A stretch of DNA of 64,000 nt from Ginglymostoma cirratum (GCA_024137785.1 JAHRHZ010000004.1:19916966-19980965), one strand, 5' to 3'; counted from the stretch's first letter, positions 35,061-47,009 are shown. The notes: generated by a model from the sequence alone, not told the origin. Numbers and translations: made by a program.

Positions 35061-36644
35061 GAGCTAACACTTTAGGCTGAAATCCAAGTGGAGATGGGAA
35101 AGGTCAAGCCTCAGTGTCTGATGTTCACATTGAAATTTACCAAAAATCCAAACTGAAGCAAAGTTGAATACTTCCATATTGTAAATTAAAGGAAACTGAC
35201 TTTGATTATTTTAAATAAGCAAACTTGCAGTATCTAGTTTAGACATGTTGAAATAGCTGACTTGAAAACACGGTGTACGAGCCAAATCCATGATGACTAT
35301 GGGCCAATAATTATTCATGTCCTGGACTTGCACTGATTGAGGTTAAAACAGTCAAACTTTCCAAACAATCTCCATGCACGTTGCGGCTTTAGAAAAGAAA
35401 GGCGTTTCCAGACAGTAGTGTGTCCACTCAGATAAATTCCTATATTTGGGAAGATTGCAGTGCTTGGAGAGCCATGAGAAATATTCAGCGTCTCCAGTGT
35501 CCCTGGCTGTCCTCAAGTTACCGATTCTGAATCAGGTGCAGCAGTTCTTGCTGAAGGTTGCTTGCTATTTGCAGCTTGGCGCTGTATGTGAACGTCCCTT
35601 ATCTCATGTCCCGAGGCACTCTACAGTGCAATTAGTTCCTTACTGCCCGAGTCTCCGAGTGCGGCCTAACCCGAGAACGCTGGTTAAATCAATGTTTTGC
35701 AAACAGGTATTAGACGAACACCAACTCAAAGCCCAGAACTGGATTCTGGCAGCGGAACAATATCAGACTGTGTAATCAGGACCATTTACCAGTCTGTAAG
35801 ATCCTGACCTGATTCATTTTGTTAACAGTTTTGTGCATTTTGTTCACTGGTTATTAACATTTCATTTCCTTGTCTGCATATTTTACCTTCAGTTAAGTTT
35901 CTGTCTGTTGCAAAATCAAATTAAAGCAAAATGTGTCCTTCTGCAGCATTGTATTTTGTGTGTTTGCACTGAATATTTAAAGTACAAGATTGTTTTAATC
36001 GAAACGACTTGATTCAAACCCATGCACACTGGGGACAAGCCTCAAACCGTATGCTGTTAAACTTGGTTCCAGCACTGAGTGTGACCTGGTTCTACCCTAA
36101 TTAAACTGCAGTTGTTTCATCCAAGCCTCTACAACACTGCATCCAAACATGCCGAAAGAGGAGGATCCTCGCTGGAGGTGCTCCCTGAGTCCAAGTCCAA
36201 CCGGCAACCACATGCCAGTTGGATCTCCGAGAGTTCTGTTTCCAATGCAGCAATTAAACTTTCCACCCACTTCGAAGCCGGGTCAGTGATAAACTTGTCA
36301 TCTGAATCAGATACTACCATCTGACTGCCCCAGTTTCTTTTTGGTGTTAAGGGGTCGATTAAGGCCGGGATGCATCGGGCAGCCACCGAGCTGGATCGAG
36401 TCACCCGCTTGGGGACATGACTCATGCACAAATCGAGCAGTTTGCTCGGAGGCCAGAATTTGGGAGAGTTTGGGCGCGCAGCTACTCACAAGCAGCGTTT
36501 TAGGGCCAGTTTCACATACAAAACGAGGGTTTGTTTTTCTCTCTCCCTCCCTTTACATCTACATTTTCTATCTTCCCTATATGCAGTGTAGCAATCCTTC
36601 AAATTACAACCTTAGAGCCATGGCAAAATTGTACACTTTTAAAA

Positions 36645-37065
36645 TATGTATTCTTTGTGGGTTGTGGGCGTGTGGCTAACAATTGTTGCCCATCCCTATT
36701 TGCCCTTGAACTAAAATAAAACAAATAATTGCGGATGCTACAAATCCGAAACAAAAACAAATTGCTGGAGAAACTCAGCAGGTCTGGCAGCATCAGTGGT
36801 GAAAAAAGCAGAGTTAATGTTTCGAGTCCAGTGGCCCTTTTTCAGTTTGCCCTTGAACTGAATGGCTTGCTCGGCCTTTGCAAAATCAACTACATTAGCT
36901 TGGAGTCGCATGTAGGCCAAACCAGGTAGGGATGACAAATTTCCTTCACTAAAGGCATGAGTGAACCAGGTAGGTTTTTATAAGGATAGTTTTCACAGCC
37001 AACATTAAGTTCCAGCCTAATAATTTAAATTAAATTCAATCATTTGCCACGCTGGGACTTGAACT
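36645..37065 (-). mobile_element. Same SINE family, host of the 36713-36845 insertion
   Basis: gcccatccctatttgcccttgaact...aaatttccttcactaaaggcatgagtgaaccag. Confidence 0.7.
36713..36845 (-). mobile_element. Short hammerhead-headed PLE-derived insertion (family B) with perfect 14-bp TSD, nested in a SINE
   Basis: Minus strand begins CTGAAAAAGGGCCACTGGACTCGAAACATT; tttgcccttgaact at 36699-36712 and 36846-36859. Confidence 0.88.
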
Positions 37066-37795
37066 CATTCTGAACTGGCAGAAACAACAAATGGGTGGGG
37101 GTGGGTTTCTGTGTAGCATCACTATAAAGTGTTCTTGTACAGGAAAATGTATCACATTATTTCTTATAATCAGTGGAAACTGAACAAAAGGGGGGCTGAC
37201 TAAAGCACAGCCAAGGCTGGAGACAACTTGGATTTCTACTGAGTCTTTGACATGGTAAAACATCTCAAGGCATTTCACAGAGGACACACAAAATGTGACA
37301 TCATTTTTAGGGAGTGGGGGTGAGGGGTCATTAAAGAGGCTCTTTCCAAAGTAAACAGTGGTAAATGCCATACAGTAGTTCCAAAGTAGAGTCATATTGG
37401 AATCAAAACATTCACTCTGTTTCTGTCTCCACAGATGAAGCCAGAACTATTGATTTTTACTGGCATTTTCTTTTTTTATTTCAGACCTCCTCCATTGGCA
37501 GTTTTTACCCTTATTCCAGTAACCAATGCCATTCTGTCAGTCCACCCATCACAAGCCAACAGTCAACATCTTAATAATACATTTCTATAATTTCTTTCAC
37601 ATGGGAAGCATGTCAAGGTGCATAAACAGAATAGAATGCGATACTGTGCAGCTTTAGAAGAGTTAGAAGAGGTGATTAAAAGTTTTGTTGAAATGACAGG
37701 TTTTGAAAAGCAGGTCCTTAAAGCTGGAGAAAGCAGCGGGAGAACAGACAGGTTTAGAGAAAGAGTTGCTGAGAAAGGAGGCTGCTGAAGGCTTT

Positions 37796-38192
37796 AAAAA
37801 ATATTCTTTCATGGGAGGTGGATGTCGCTGGTAGGATCAGCATTTACTACCCATCCTAATTGCCCTTGAGCTGAATGGCCTGTTAAGGCCATTTCAGACG
37901 GCAGTTAGCCAACCACATTGCTGACAGTCTAGAGTCACATGTAGATCAGATCAGGTAAGGATGGCAGATTTCCTTGCTAGGGGACATTAGTGAACCAGAT
38001 GGCTGTTTGTGACAATCAATGATAGCTTCATGGTCACTATTACTGAGACTAGATTTCAATTCTAGATTTATTATTTAATTATATTTAAAAGCCACCAGGT
38101 ACCATTGTAGGATTTAAACCTGTGTCTCCAGAACATTAGCCTGGGACTCTGAATTAATAATCCAGTGATATTACCACTATACTGCCATTTCC
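37796..38192 (-). mobile_element. Full-length copy of the same SINE family
   Basis: Reverse complement of 57697-58045 from head to tail. Confidence 0.8.
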
Positions 38193-40168
38193 CTGTGCTG
38201 CCTACACCCCACTGCTGATGCATAAGGGTCAGCTCAGCCGGGAAAAAAATACATCATTCACAATGCCTGTCCGCATGGTTTCTCTTTCCCCTGCTTTAAA
38301 GTGCATTGATGTCCCTCTTTTGGCATTTCTCCCCAGGCACTGTCTAATCATTTGGGTCAGTTTTTGTTGGAGGGGTGGGGGGAGGAGGCGATTGTTTGAA
38401 AAGGTCCACCTGCTTTTCTCCTCACTCACTCCTGTGCAGCAAGACATAATCCACATTACCTTAATTCTCAGCAATCCTTCTCTGTGAAAAGGAGAGACAC
38501 AAAGCTTCCAGCTTTGCCCTATGGCATAGGGGTTCAACATAAACAGTGAATACAAACCATTTCTTTTGAATAACTAAGTTTAGCCTGATATGGATTGTTA
38601 TTGGAGCACTTATTGTCAGTCATGTTACAATAAACTCTAGTCAAAGTTGTGTGTCAATACTTTCTCACCCTTTAGAAATGGATTTTAAATTGGATGGTAG
38701 TACAGAGTTTGTAGTGTCACAGTTAACATGCACAATCAGTACATCTTTAACACAGTCACCATAATTTTATTTCCTATATGTTTCACACTACCTTCATTTT
38801 AGAGGTTCAGTGCATTTTGTTCATGCCTGTTTATTGCATATGTATATATCCTACACTGAATTCACCAGCTTTGCTGACTGACCCTTACTCTGCAGTAACC
38901 ACAAGGCTGTGTCAATATTTCACCTGCTCAGAGATAACAAAATACTCAGTCCCCCAAGTTTGCAATGTTCTACAATTCACTTCAAACCTAGTCTTTGGTA
39001 AGCCTGGCACCATCTAATCATTGTCTCCTGACTTCTCACCTCTCCTGCTTTTTGTAAATGTGGTAATACCCTGCACTGTGCACCTTCATCTCATTTCTCA
39101 GTGGGAATATTTAACATCCTGTGTAACAAGAATGCCAAGAAGGAAGGCCAGGAAAAGACAAGCTGGTCCATGGAGGCTATCCCATACAGTTATGACGCTG
39201 TACACTACAAAACATACACTTCTCCCCCCAACAAGTAATGCCCTGAAAATGCTGGAGAAATAGGGAAAGAAATAAGCCCATTGGAGGGAACATAGGAACA
39301 TTCCTTGTTTGGTGGTCTGACTTATTTTAGGAGATCACCCCAGCCCTCTTTAACGTGGTCTCTTTTTCAGAGCAGGAGTAGCTGCTCAATCTTTCATGTT
39401 CTTCAGCCAATGCAGACTTTTGGCCCTCAGAGTTAACACAAACCTCTGCTTGGTCTTACAAAGAAGTCTGGCAGGAAGAAAAGCATTAGGAGGCAGACAG
39501 AAAGTCAGTTAGTGACTCCGTTATCATCTCCTCACAATTCAGAAAATCTAAAGGCTGCAGAGTTAAAACCATTGTCAAAAAAAGGGGGCAAAAATGGAGG
39601 AGAATTGTTTTCACTCAGTGAGATGTCCCAATCTTCAATGTTTTACTTGAAGACAGTGGTGAAAGTTACTTTAAGAGTTTTAAAATGGAGGTGAACAGTT
39701 AGGTGCGAATGATTAACTTATGGTTATGGACATAAAACAATGTGGTGGGGGTGAGTGCAAGAACAGCAGGCCAAATGGCTACTGTCCAAGCAACAACTTT
39801 TTTTGGGAAGGCTGTTTCCTAACTCCAAGTGTTTCGACTCACCCATCTTCTATCAAATGAAAAGGAAAGACTTCCTCACTCCTCCTGACACCTAGAAATA
39901 ATTGTCGACAAGACTGAGTCCACAAGGAATGAGGCAGGGGCAGCTGCAAAGAAATTGCAGAGAACACTCAGGAGTTAAAGATCTCCAAAGGGCTTGGCTG
40001 AGGCTGAAAGATCGTGGTACTAACAGAGTGGTTATCAAACAGTATTTCCTTGGGTCCAACATGGTGAAATCATCTTTTCCACGTGTTACCCACTCCAGGT
40101 ACTACTAACAGAGGCAAACTTGCCTTGAAACTGGTTTGAGCAAGTCAGAAGATGGGCAATAAAATCAG

Positions 40169-40186
40169 AGGCCAGCAGAGGGCCTC
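40169..40186 (+). promoter_or_regulatory. CTCF-like motif
   Basis: GGCCAGCAGAGGGCCTC contains the core CCAGCAGAGGGC at the edge of the CpG-rich region; motif only. Confidence 0.4.
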
Positions 40187-40899
40187 AGTCAGGTTTCGGA
40201 GGAAGAGAAATGTCTCGAAAAGAGTCTCTCCAATGTGGTCGGTGGGGCCTCGGTAAAGCTGAGCTGCTTTCAGTTTTAACTTGATTTTTTACAGGCCAGG
40301 CTTAGATATTAAACAATTCCGCTGTTTGAAACGAAAATTAATGCAAAAAATAACTTGATAATTTTTTAAAACAAAGTAAAAAACGGGAATTCTTATTACA
40401 GACTTCTAAAATTATAGTTCTGGCAATTTAGTAAAGTAGTAAAAAAGTGGATTTAAAAGCGGTAGAGAAAATGGTTCAAATATTGAGCTGCTTTGAGACT
40501 GCTTAGTTATTGGAGTAAGAAAAAGCCGGGGAAACTGAAACCAGAATGGTATGTTCTAAGTAAACTGGTGAACCAGGATTATTTAAGATAATGATAAATT
40601 ACTGGTTGGTAATTCATAATATTAAGAATCTAGTTCAAAAAACAAATCCTGGGTCTAAGGCGGCTCTTCCTGTTTAATGATTTGTTTTTTCAAAAATAAA
40701 AAAATGAGGGTTGAGTTAGTAACCAAAAAGGTTAGACATTCCTGATAAATGTGAATGATTTTTAAACCCAATTTTTAAAATTCTGCACATTACTTTCAAG
40801 GTGCTCACGAATATAAAAGGGAAAAAGAAGCTTTTATGTTCATCGAACCCGATTGTTAAGGTAAAGCCTGGATTTTGTCACATCTTGTCACTCCCTCTT

Positions 40900-42780
40900 C
40901 CAGTAAAACCCTAGCAAAGTAGTTAGGGGGAGAGGGAGCGGGAGGTGCACAGGCGACATAGCGGGGAAATGTAATCAGATTTACATGTGGCTTCAGAATA
41001 GCTCATTACAGTTTGGTGCGGGGGCGGGGGAGGATAGATATCACGGGGGGGAACTGGGCCGAATTTAATCAGCATCCTCCAACTTGGGGTCGAGGTACTA
41101 GGTAGTACGGAGAACGGCGTGGGGTAGTTTTTTTAAAAAAAACTAGCCAGTGCGGAATCAGACCCTGAAGACTGAGTGAAACATTTAGGAAGCATTCTAT
41201 GAATCAGAACAGCCCAGGGTCTCGGCCGGCATACAGCACTTTATAAAAATAAAATTTCCCTCAAGAGGGACCCAGGTTAAAAAGGAACCCAAATTAAACC
41301 CAGGACCGACGCCCACTGTATCCCGGGATCGTCGGGGAGCAGTTAAGCGGAAGAATTGGTGAATCGGAGAACGCAATAATGTGCCAGAATTTTAACCTGC
41401 GGTATGTTTGCAGAGGATAGGTCTAACCCCGAACTGGCGTTCTACCCCACTGACTAAATCTTCACCTTAATGTTTTACACGGAGAACTCGAGATTTCAAA
41501 CATTTGAAAAAAAGGCTTTGAAACGAAAAAATATCCCCAGTAACACAACGTTCCGCGGAAAGTAATTGCGGTCAATTAAAAAGTAAAGAAACGGGCTGGA
41601 AATTCAAATTGGCGGGCGCAAATTTCTTAATAAAAGCATTCAGTGGAGAAACTGACAGGGCTCCCGAGAAAGTGAAGCAGCTCAGAGCCTGAATATTCAC
41701 TAGGACTCTCCTGCAGGACTCCAAAAGCGAACAGGGGAGTCTCTAATATCTTCATAAACGACGGGCTGGGGGCTGGTCAAGAACAGCGGATTCTTTTCGT
41801 TTGAAATGCACGTTTCAACCGAGCTCGAAGTTCTGTGGGTGAAAAAAAAATTGTCTTCAAATTGGAAGCCTCGGCTACTTCAATATTCGGGGGAGGAGGT
41901 GGCATTTTTGGTAATTTTCGTCTCAGTCTGTAACAGGGAGGGGCAGATCTGAGTGGAGCCCAGGGGTTTCTGCCCAGAACCGCACCTCCCGGGAAGGGGA
42001 GGGGGGGCAGCTGGCAGGAGGGGCTGTGGGGGTGACCTCTAGCTGCTAAGTTTCTCCCCCCACCCCAACCTTCCCCCTTCAGGAGCCCAGATGCTTCACA
42101 TTAGATTCCTTTTCACCCCTCCGGGTTGCCCTGGGGCTGCCCCTGGAGAGGGTGGGGTTGGGAGAGAGGACACGCCGGGGTGGGGGACTCTCGCCCTTTC
42201 CCCCACCCACCTACCTCCAAGCCTCCAGGTTAGAGACCCCGGCAAAGACTCGGTCCTCTCCGGCTTCGAACCGGGCTCTGCAGCCGCTTCTCCCACACAA
42301 ACTCTCCCCAACCCCCGGGAGACCCGGACCCTCCGGGGGCGGGGTGAGGCCGGCCCGGGGTGGCTCTCCTGTTGGGAAAGAGCCAGGGTCCGAGCGGAGA
42401 GATATCTCGGGCTCCCACCGCCCCCACCCTCAACCCCATGTCTGCCGGGGGCCTGGAGAACCCCGGGGGAAGGGGATCTCTCCGCCGCTCTCTGCAACAG
42501 CCACTGCCTGGTCTCAACAATGACATTCCTTCCACTGTTAGTTACCTTTCAAACAGCAAACCCTTGTCCAGTGCTGGGCTTTCCCCTACTAAAGAAGGAA
42601 GACTAACTCCTGGAGATGTAACTTGGTAGTTTGTACTGAAGGGGAAGGATACAGGAGGCTGGGGACACACTGCTGTTCATCCAAGTTCAAACTCCGACCT
42701 CGGTGCAAGATTTTTTAAAAAAAGATCGAAGGCGCGGGTTGGGAGCCTCGCTGGTGAATGGTGACATTGGCGGGATGCNN
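40900..42780. promoter_or_regulatory. CpG island-like region
   Basis: Visibly high CpG density and GC content against CpG-poor flanks; not computed. Confidence 0.65.
42546..42775 (-). promoter_or_regulatory. Second candidate nbl1 promoter and non-coding exon
   Basis: Minus-strand CCCGCCAAT (CCAAT 42770-42766), a TTTAAAA TATA-like stretch near 42718, and donor AAG|GTAACT after 42546 followed by very GC-rich sequence (42000-42500). The upstream part is hidden by the 42779-43178 gap. Confidence 0.4.
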
Positions 42781-43178
42781 NNNNNNNNNNNNNNNNNNNN
42801 NNNNNNNNNNNNNNNNNNNNNNNNNNNNNNNNNNNNNNNNNNNNNNNNNNNNNNNNNNNNNNNNNNNNNNNNNNNNNNNNNNNNNNNNNNNNNNNNNNNN
42901 NNNNNNNNNNNNNNNNNNNNNNNNNNNNNNNNNNNNNNNNNNNNNNNNNNNNNNNNNNNNNNNNNNNNNNNNNNNNNNNNNNNNNNNNNNNNNNNNNNNN
43001 NNNNNNNNNNNNNNNNNNNNNNNNNNNNNNNNNNNNNNNNNNNNNNNNNNNNNNNNNNNNNNNNNNNNNNNNNNNNNNNNNNNNNNNNNNNNNNNNNNNN
43101 NNNNNNNNNNNNNNNNNNNNNNNNNNNNNNNNNNNNNNNNNNNNNNNNNNNNNNNNNNNNNNNNNNNNNNNNNNNNNN
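42779..43178. other. Assembly gap (others at 20506-20515, 33162-33261, 57150-57159)
   Basis: N runs. Confidence 1.
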
Positions 43179-43459
43179 ACCTTGTTATCTCAGATTCTCC
43201 AGCATCTGCAGTTCCTACTATCTCCCAAGCAAAGATTTAACAGCTTTCCAGCGGTTTTTGTTTGTCCCGTTGAGTTCAAGCGCGGCTCAGTTGCTGCTTT
43301 GAGTGTGGGAATGGCAGAGCCCTGTGTCAGTCTGGGCTGGCAGCATCTGAAGCAACCATTCACAAAAAAACCCACCAGCACAAGCTCTTACAGAAACCAT
43401 GGAACGCAATGCGAGGTTAAAAGGAGGAACTGGCCGATTCGGGGGGGGGGGGGGGGGGG

Positions 43460-44075
43460 ATATAAAACATGGGGTTGGATGAACACAGCAGGTCAAGCCG
43501 GATCATAGGAGCAGGAAAACTTGACGTTTCGGGCCTAAACCCTTCATCAGAAATGCTTCTTTTCATCTGCCTGATGTGGAAAGTCTTCTTGGGGCCTGGG
43601 ATGGGGGTGAGGGAGGAGGTGTGGGGGCAGGTGTAGCACTTCCTGCGGTTACAAGGAAAAGTGCCAGGTGTGGTGGGGCTGGAGGGGAGTGTGGAGCGGA
43701 CAAGGGAGTCGCGGAGGGAGTGGTCCCTCCGGAAGGCAGATAAGGGTGGGGAGGGAAAAATGTCTTTGGTGGTGGGGTCTGATTGCAGATGGCGGAACTG
43801 TCGGAGGATGATGCGTTGGATCCGGAGGTTGGTGGGGTGGTATGTGAGGACGAGGGGGATTCTTTTTTGGTTATTATTGCGGGGACGGGGCGTGAGGGAT
43901 GTGTTCCGGGAAATGCGGGAGACACAGTCGAGGGCGTTCTCGACCACTGTAGGGGGGGAGGTTGCGGTCCTTGAAGAATGAGGACATCTGAGATGTGAGG
44001 GATTGGAATGTCTCATCCTGGGAGCAGATGCGGCGGAGGCGAAGGAATTGGGAATAGGGGAGATGGATGGGAATT
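43460..44075 (-). mobile_element. Penelope-like element (Neptune-type), truncated, GIY-YIG deleted, with 3' terminal repeat
   Basis: Encodes LPYSQFLRLRRICSQDETF (PLE RT thumb). After a frameshift in a C-run it continues RIPLVLTYHP...AFRRDHSLRDSLVRS...GTFPCNRRKCYTC (Cys-rich linker before GIY-YIG), then joins abruptly to the hammerhead-bearing terminal repeat at about 43555. Confidence 0.9.
43519..43554 (-). ncRNA. Minimal type I hammerhead ribozyme motif (PLE-associated)
   Basis: attt-CTGATGA-A-GGGT(TTAG)GCCC-GAAACGTC-aagt: intact core, stem II, palindromic ACGT in place of stem III, GUC cleavage triplet and a short stem I. Confidence 0.75.
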
Positions 44076-44284
44076 GAAGCTGAGATAGGTGGGGATGGGG
44101 GGGTTAAGATGGGTGGGTTTGGGGATTGGGGGTTTGGGATGGGTGGGGATCGGGGGGATGGCGGGTGAGATAGGTGGGGTTTGGGGATTGGTGGGTGAGA
44201 AAGGACAAAACAATAATAACGATACACGGGGGCAACAGTATACTTGATGCCCTACATTAACTAACCCGATTCTATCCAAACACC

Positions 44285-44575
44285 ACTACCATCCTGAAGA
44301 ACAAGGGCTGCTGGATACGTGGGAACGTCACCAGCGCAGGTTCCCCTTCAAGCTACTCACTATCATGATTTGGAAATATATCGCTGTTCCTTCAGCGTAG
44401 CTGGGTTAGAATCCTGGAACTCCCTCCCTAACATTATTCTGGGTGTATCTACACCGTAAGGACTACAGTACTTTCAGAAGGGATCTTACCAACGCCTTCT
44501 CCAGGGCAGCTGGGGGATAGGCAATAAATGCTGGCTCAGCCAGTAGGTGTCCACATCTCATGAACGAATTAAAAT
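44285..44575 (+). mobile_element. LINE 3' fragment (same family)
   Basis: atcctggaactccctccctaac...gcaataaatgctggctcagccag...catgaacgaatt. Confidence 0.75.
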
Positions 44576-46018
44576 GTAACAAGCTCCCATTTTAATTTTT
44601 TATAAGAAAAATTGTGAACTATCGTCTTTGTCAAAGTGAAACGTGCCAGTAGCGGAGACTATAAATTATCTTGCACCATTCGGCATTCCAGACGAAAGCT
44701 GCCCCACGTTCCACAGGTAAGCAATAGAATGCTAGATGCAGAGTAAAGAGCCCTGCAAATTGTCCCATCAATTTGTGCTTAGTCCCACCATCAAATAAAA
44801 TGGTCACTGGCGTGGCGATGTCTGCTTCCTACACTCGCCAACTGTGCGGGGAGCCTGTTAATGATAAATTTACTTCAGTTTGTGTTGTAGGCCCATGTTC
44901 ACCAGTATTGGATTGAGAAGATGTAGGTTTCATTTTGTAAATTTGAAGCCAAATGTTAGAAGATCAATTGCGCCATCACTTCAATGTAATGGGGTGTACT
45001 TTAACTGTTCACTAAATAATGAGGAGCGTTCGACCAGTCAGAATGAATAACCACACTTCTGTTACCTAATCTAATCAGGAAGACAAATGGCAAAGAATGA
45101 CTGTAACACTGCATATTAAATATGTTACTGTAAATGTGTAACATTAAATGTAACAGCTTTGCTGTAAATTAAACTGGCTGACAGGAAGCTGCAAAACGCA
45201 GCAAGAGGATACTTATGTAAAAGTCAAAATTTAAAGTTAATTAATTTATTCTATTTCCCGAAGTTAATACTCTTGAGTACAAAATATATATAATAAATAT
45301 ACAAAAATAAAACACATATTTAACGGGAATTCAACTACGATTTTTGTCCGTTGTTGAAGGTACTGGCTTTGCTGTTAGGTGTTCTCTGAGCACTCCGGTT
45401 AGTGTGTGCCTGGAGCTGCACCACGCGGGAGATGCTGTCTCACCGAGAACCGGGATTAGTCCCGGAGCCAGCCGGGTCTGGAATAACCGGGAGTGAGGAA
45501 GGAAATGCCATTTTCAGCTTCCCTGCCTGGGCAGCTCGTTCTAAAATCTGCCGGGCTGTTCACCCTAAACTAAAACCCCGGGACACGAATTAGAATCGAG
45601 GCTGAAATTCTCAGATTTAGGGGGAAATCTGCCCTCCGGGTACCTTCGCTGGCTGGATCCTGATGGAGCCCACAAACATTTCTAAGTCATTTCTCCCTGT
45701 ACAATCGATCGTTAGTTTTTTCTTCCTTTTTGCATATTCCATTACCTTCTGGCACACTTGTTTTTTGCAGCCCATCGACCTCTGCAGTGAGAAATGGCTC
45801 CGTTCAGCGTCCCGTACCCAGTCAAAAATAAATATCTGCTTCCTTGTTTTTTCGCCTGTCTTTTAGAGTGTGCTGTGGCTTCTTTGGAACTGCCCTATAG
45901 ATGTGAGCGCCAAGTCTGTGACATGTGAGCAGGAAAAGGATTAAGAGTTCTTGGAGCTCATGTACGCAGATCGACAATTCGCTTCGAGGGTTTTTGGGGG
46001 GAGGTGGGGGACCAGAAA

Positions 46019-46035
46019 TGGCCACTAGAGGGTGA
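46019..46035 (+). promoter_or_regulatory. CTCF-like motif
   Basis: TGGCCACTAGAGGGTGA resembles the CTCF core CCASYAGRKGGC; motif only. Confidence 0.4.
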
Positions 46036-46274
46036 ATCCTCACCGGAACAATGTGCAGGGAGCGGCCTGAGCACCGGCATCGGGGCTGGGAAAGCGCTCG
46101 GAATGGGGGGGGGGGGGGGGCCCACGCTAGCTCGAAAGATGCAGAAACGCTCGGTTTGTCGATCCCTGACACCCCAGCTGCCCTCTCACGGTGGGGGTGG
46201 GCGGGGATGGGAAACAGAGAGGCTGAGAAAAACAAGAAACTAGCGGTCAAACTGCGAACGTGAGACACTTTTAC

Positions 46275-46555
46275 CTTGGAATCTTGTTTGCGGATGACCT
46301 GAACCAAACCCCTGACCGATCCCTTGGAAGTTAGCACATTGTCTATTCCAGAACGACTGTCAACATACTCGAAGACGGGCTCAGCAGTCTGACAGCGCCG
46401 TGTCACTGGAAAACATTGTTACACTCTGCTACACCCCATCTGGCCTTGATCCTTCAAACCCACTTATAGTGGGTGGTGCTCCGAGTTACTCTGTGACCGC
46501 TGTAACAAGGCTGGAAGAGTCCTTGGTTTTTTTTCTTACCAATGCCTGACGTGAT
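46275..46555 (-). promoter_or_regulatory. Candidate nbl1 distal promoter and non-coding first exon
   Basis: CpG-rich. TGACGT (46547-52), CCAAT (46539-43) and minus-strand TATAAG (46468-63) imply a TSS near 46440; donor AAG|GTAAAA after 46275. Lies between the micos10 polyA signal and the nbl1 coding exons. Confidence 0.45.
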
Positions 46556-47009
46556 AGGGAGGGAGGGAAGTGCTAAGACACTGAGCACAATCTGAATGGA
46601 TTTGTCAAAGGAGGGACGGATTATTAAGAGAGCTAGAGCTGCAAGGAGCGGAAACGCGCCCTGGAGGAAATGCAAGGTCCGGGAGCACTCCTGAGCTTCG
46701 CCGTTGGAATGTATACTCGAGCCGGTCGCTTTGATATCAGCTCCCGGTCTAATCTTCGCCGCCGCCGTTCTCATGTAGCCTCTGCCTACATGCCAGCTCC
46801 ACAGTTAACAGCTTTAACAATTCTGAACTTGATCTTGAAGGAAGAATCGCTATTTAACAAGCAAGATTGGTTTGTTACACGTTCTCCTACAAAAAATTAT
46901 AACCGAAGATTGTGAAATTTTTCCTTTTTAAATAAAGCTTTGTGTTTAACCAGAGGAGGTTTGTTATTGATAATAAAAACAGTTTATGTTCAGTAATCCA
47001 CCAGAATCC

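Larger units (their letters stand above)
33640..35308. repeat. Head-to-tail tandem duplication (33640-34388 and 34389-35308)
   Basis: Both units start atctca.ccacattccaaattgcaattgcc and end gagccaaatccatgatgactatgggccaat. Confidence 0.92.
45380..46800. promoter_or_regulatory. CpG island-like region
   Basis: Abundant CpG in non-repeat sequence; contains the candidate promoter motifs. Confidence 0.65.

Noticed and set aside
42091-42629. Overlapping 100-170 aa ORFs on both strands
   Set aside because: Stop-poor GC-rich island with no homology or codon signal.
46380-46400. Second RE1-like site tcagcagtctgacagcgcc
   Set aside because: Mismatches in both half-sites and wrong spacing.
45822-46915. 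194-aa and 106-aa minus-strand ORFs
   Set aside because: No recognisable domain; the frame continuous with nbl1 is closed by ATG TGC TAA.
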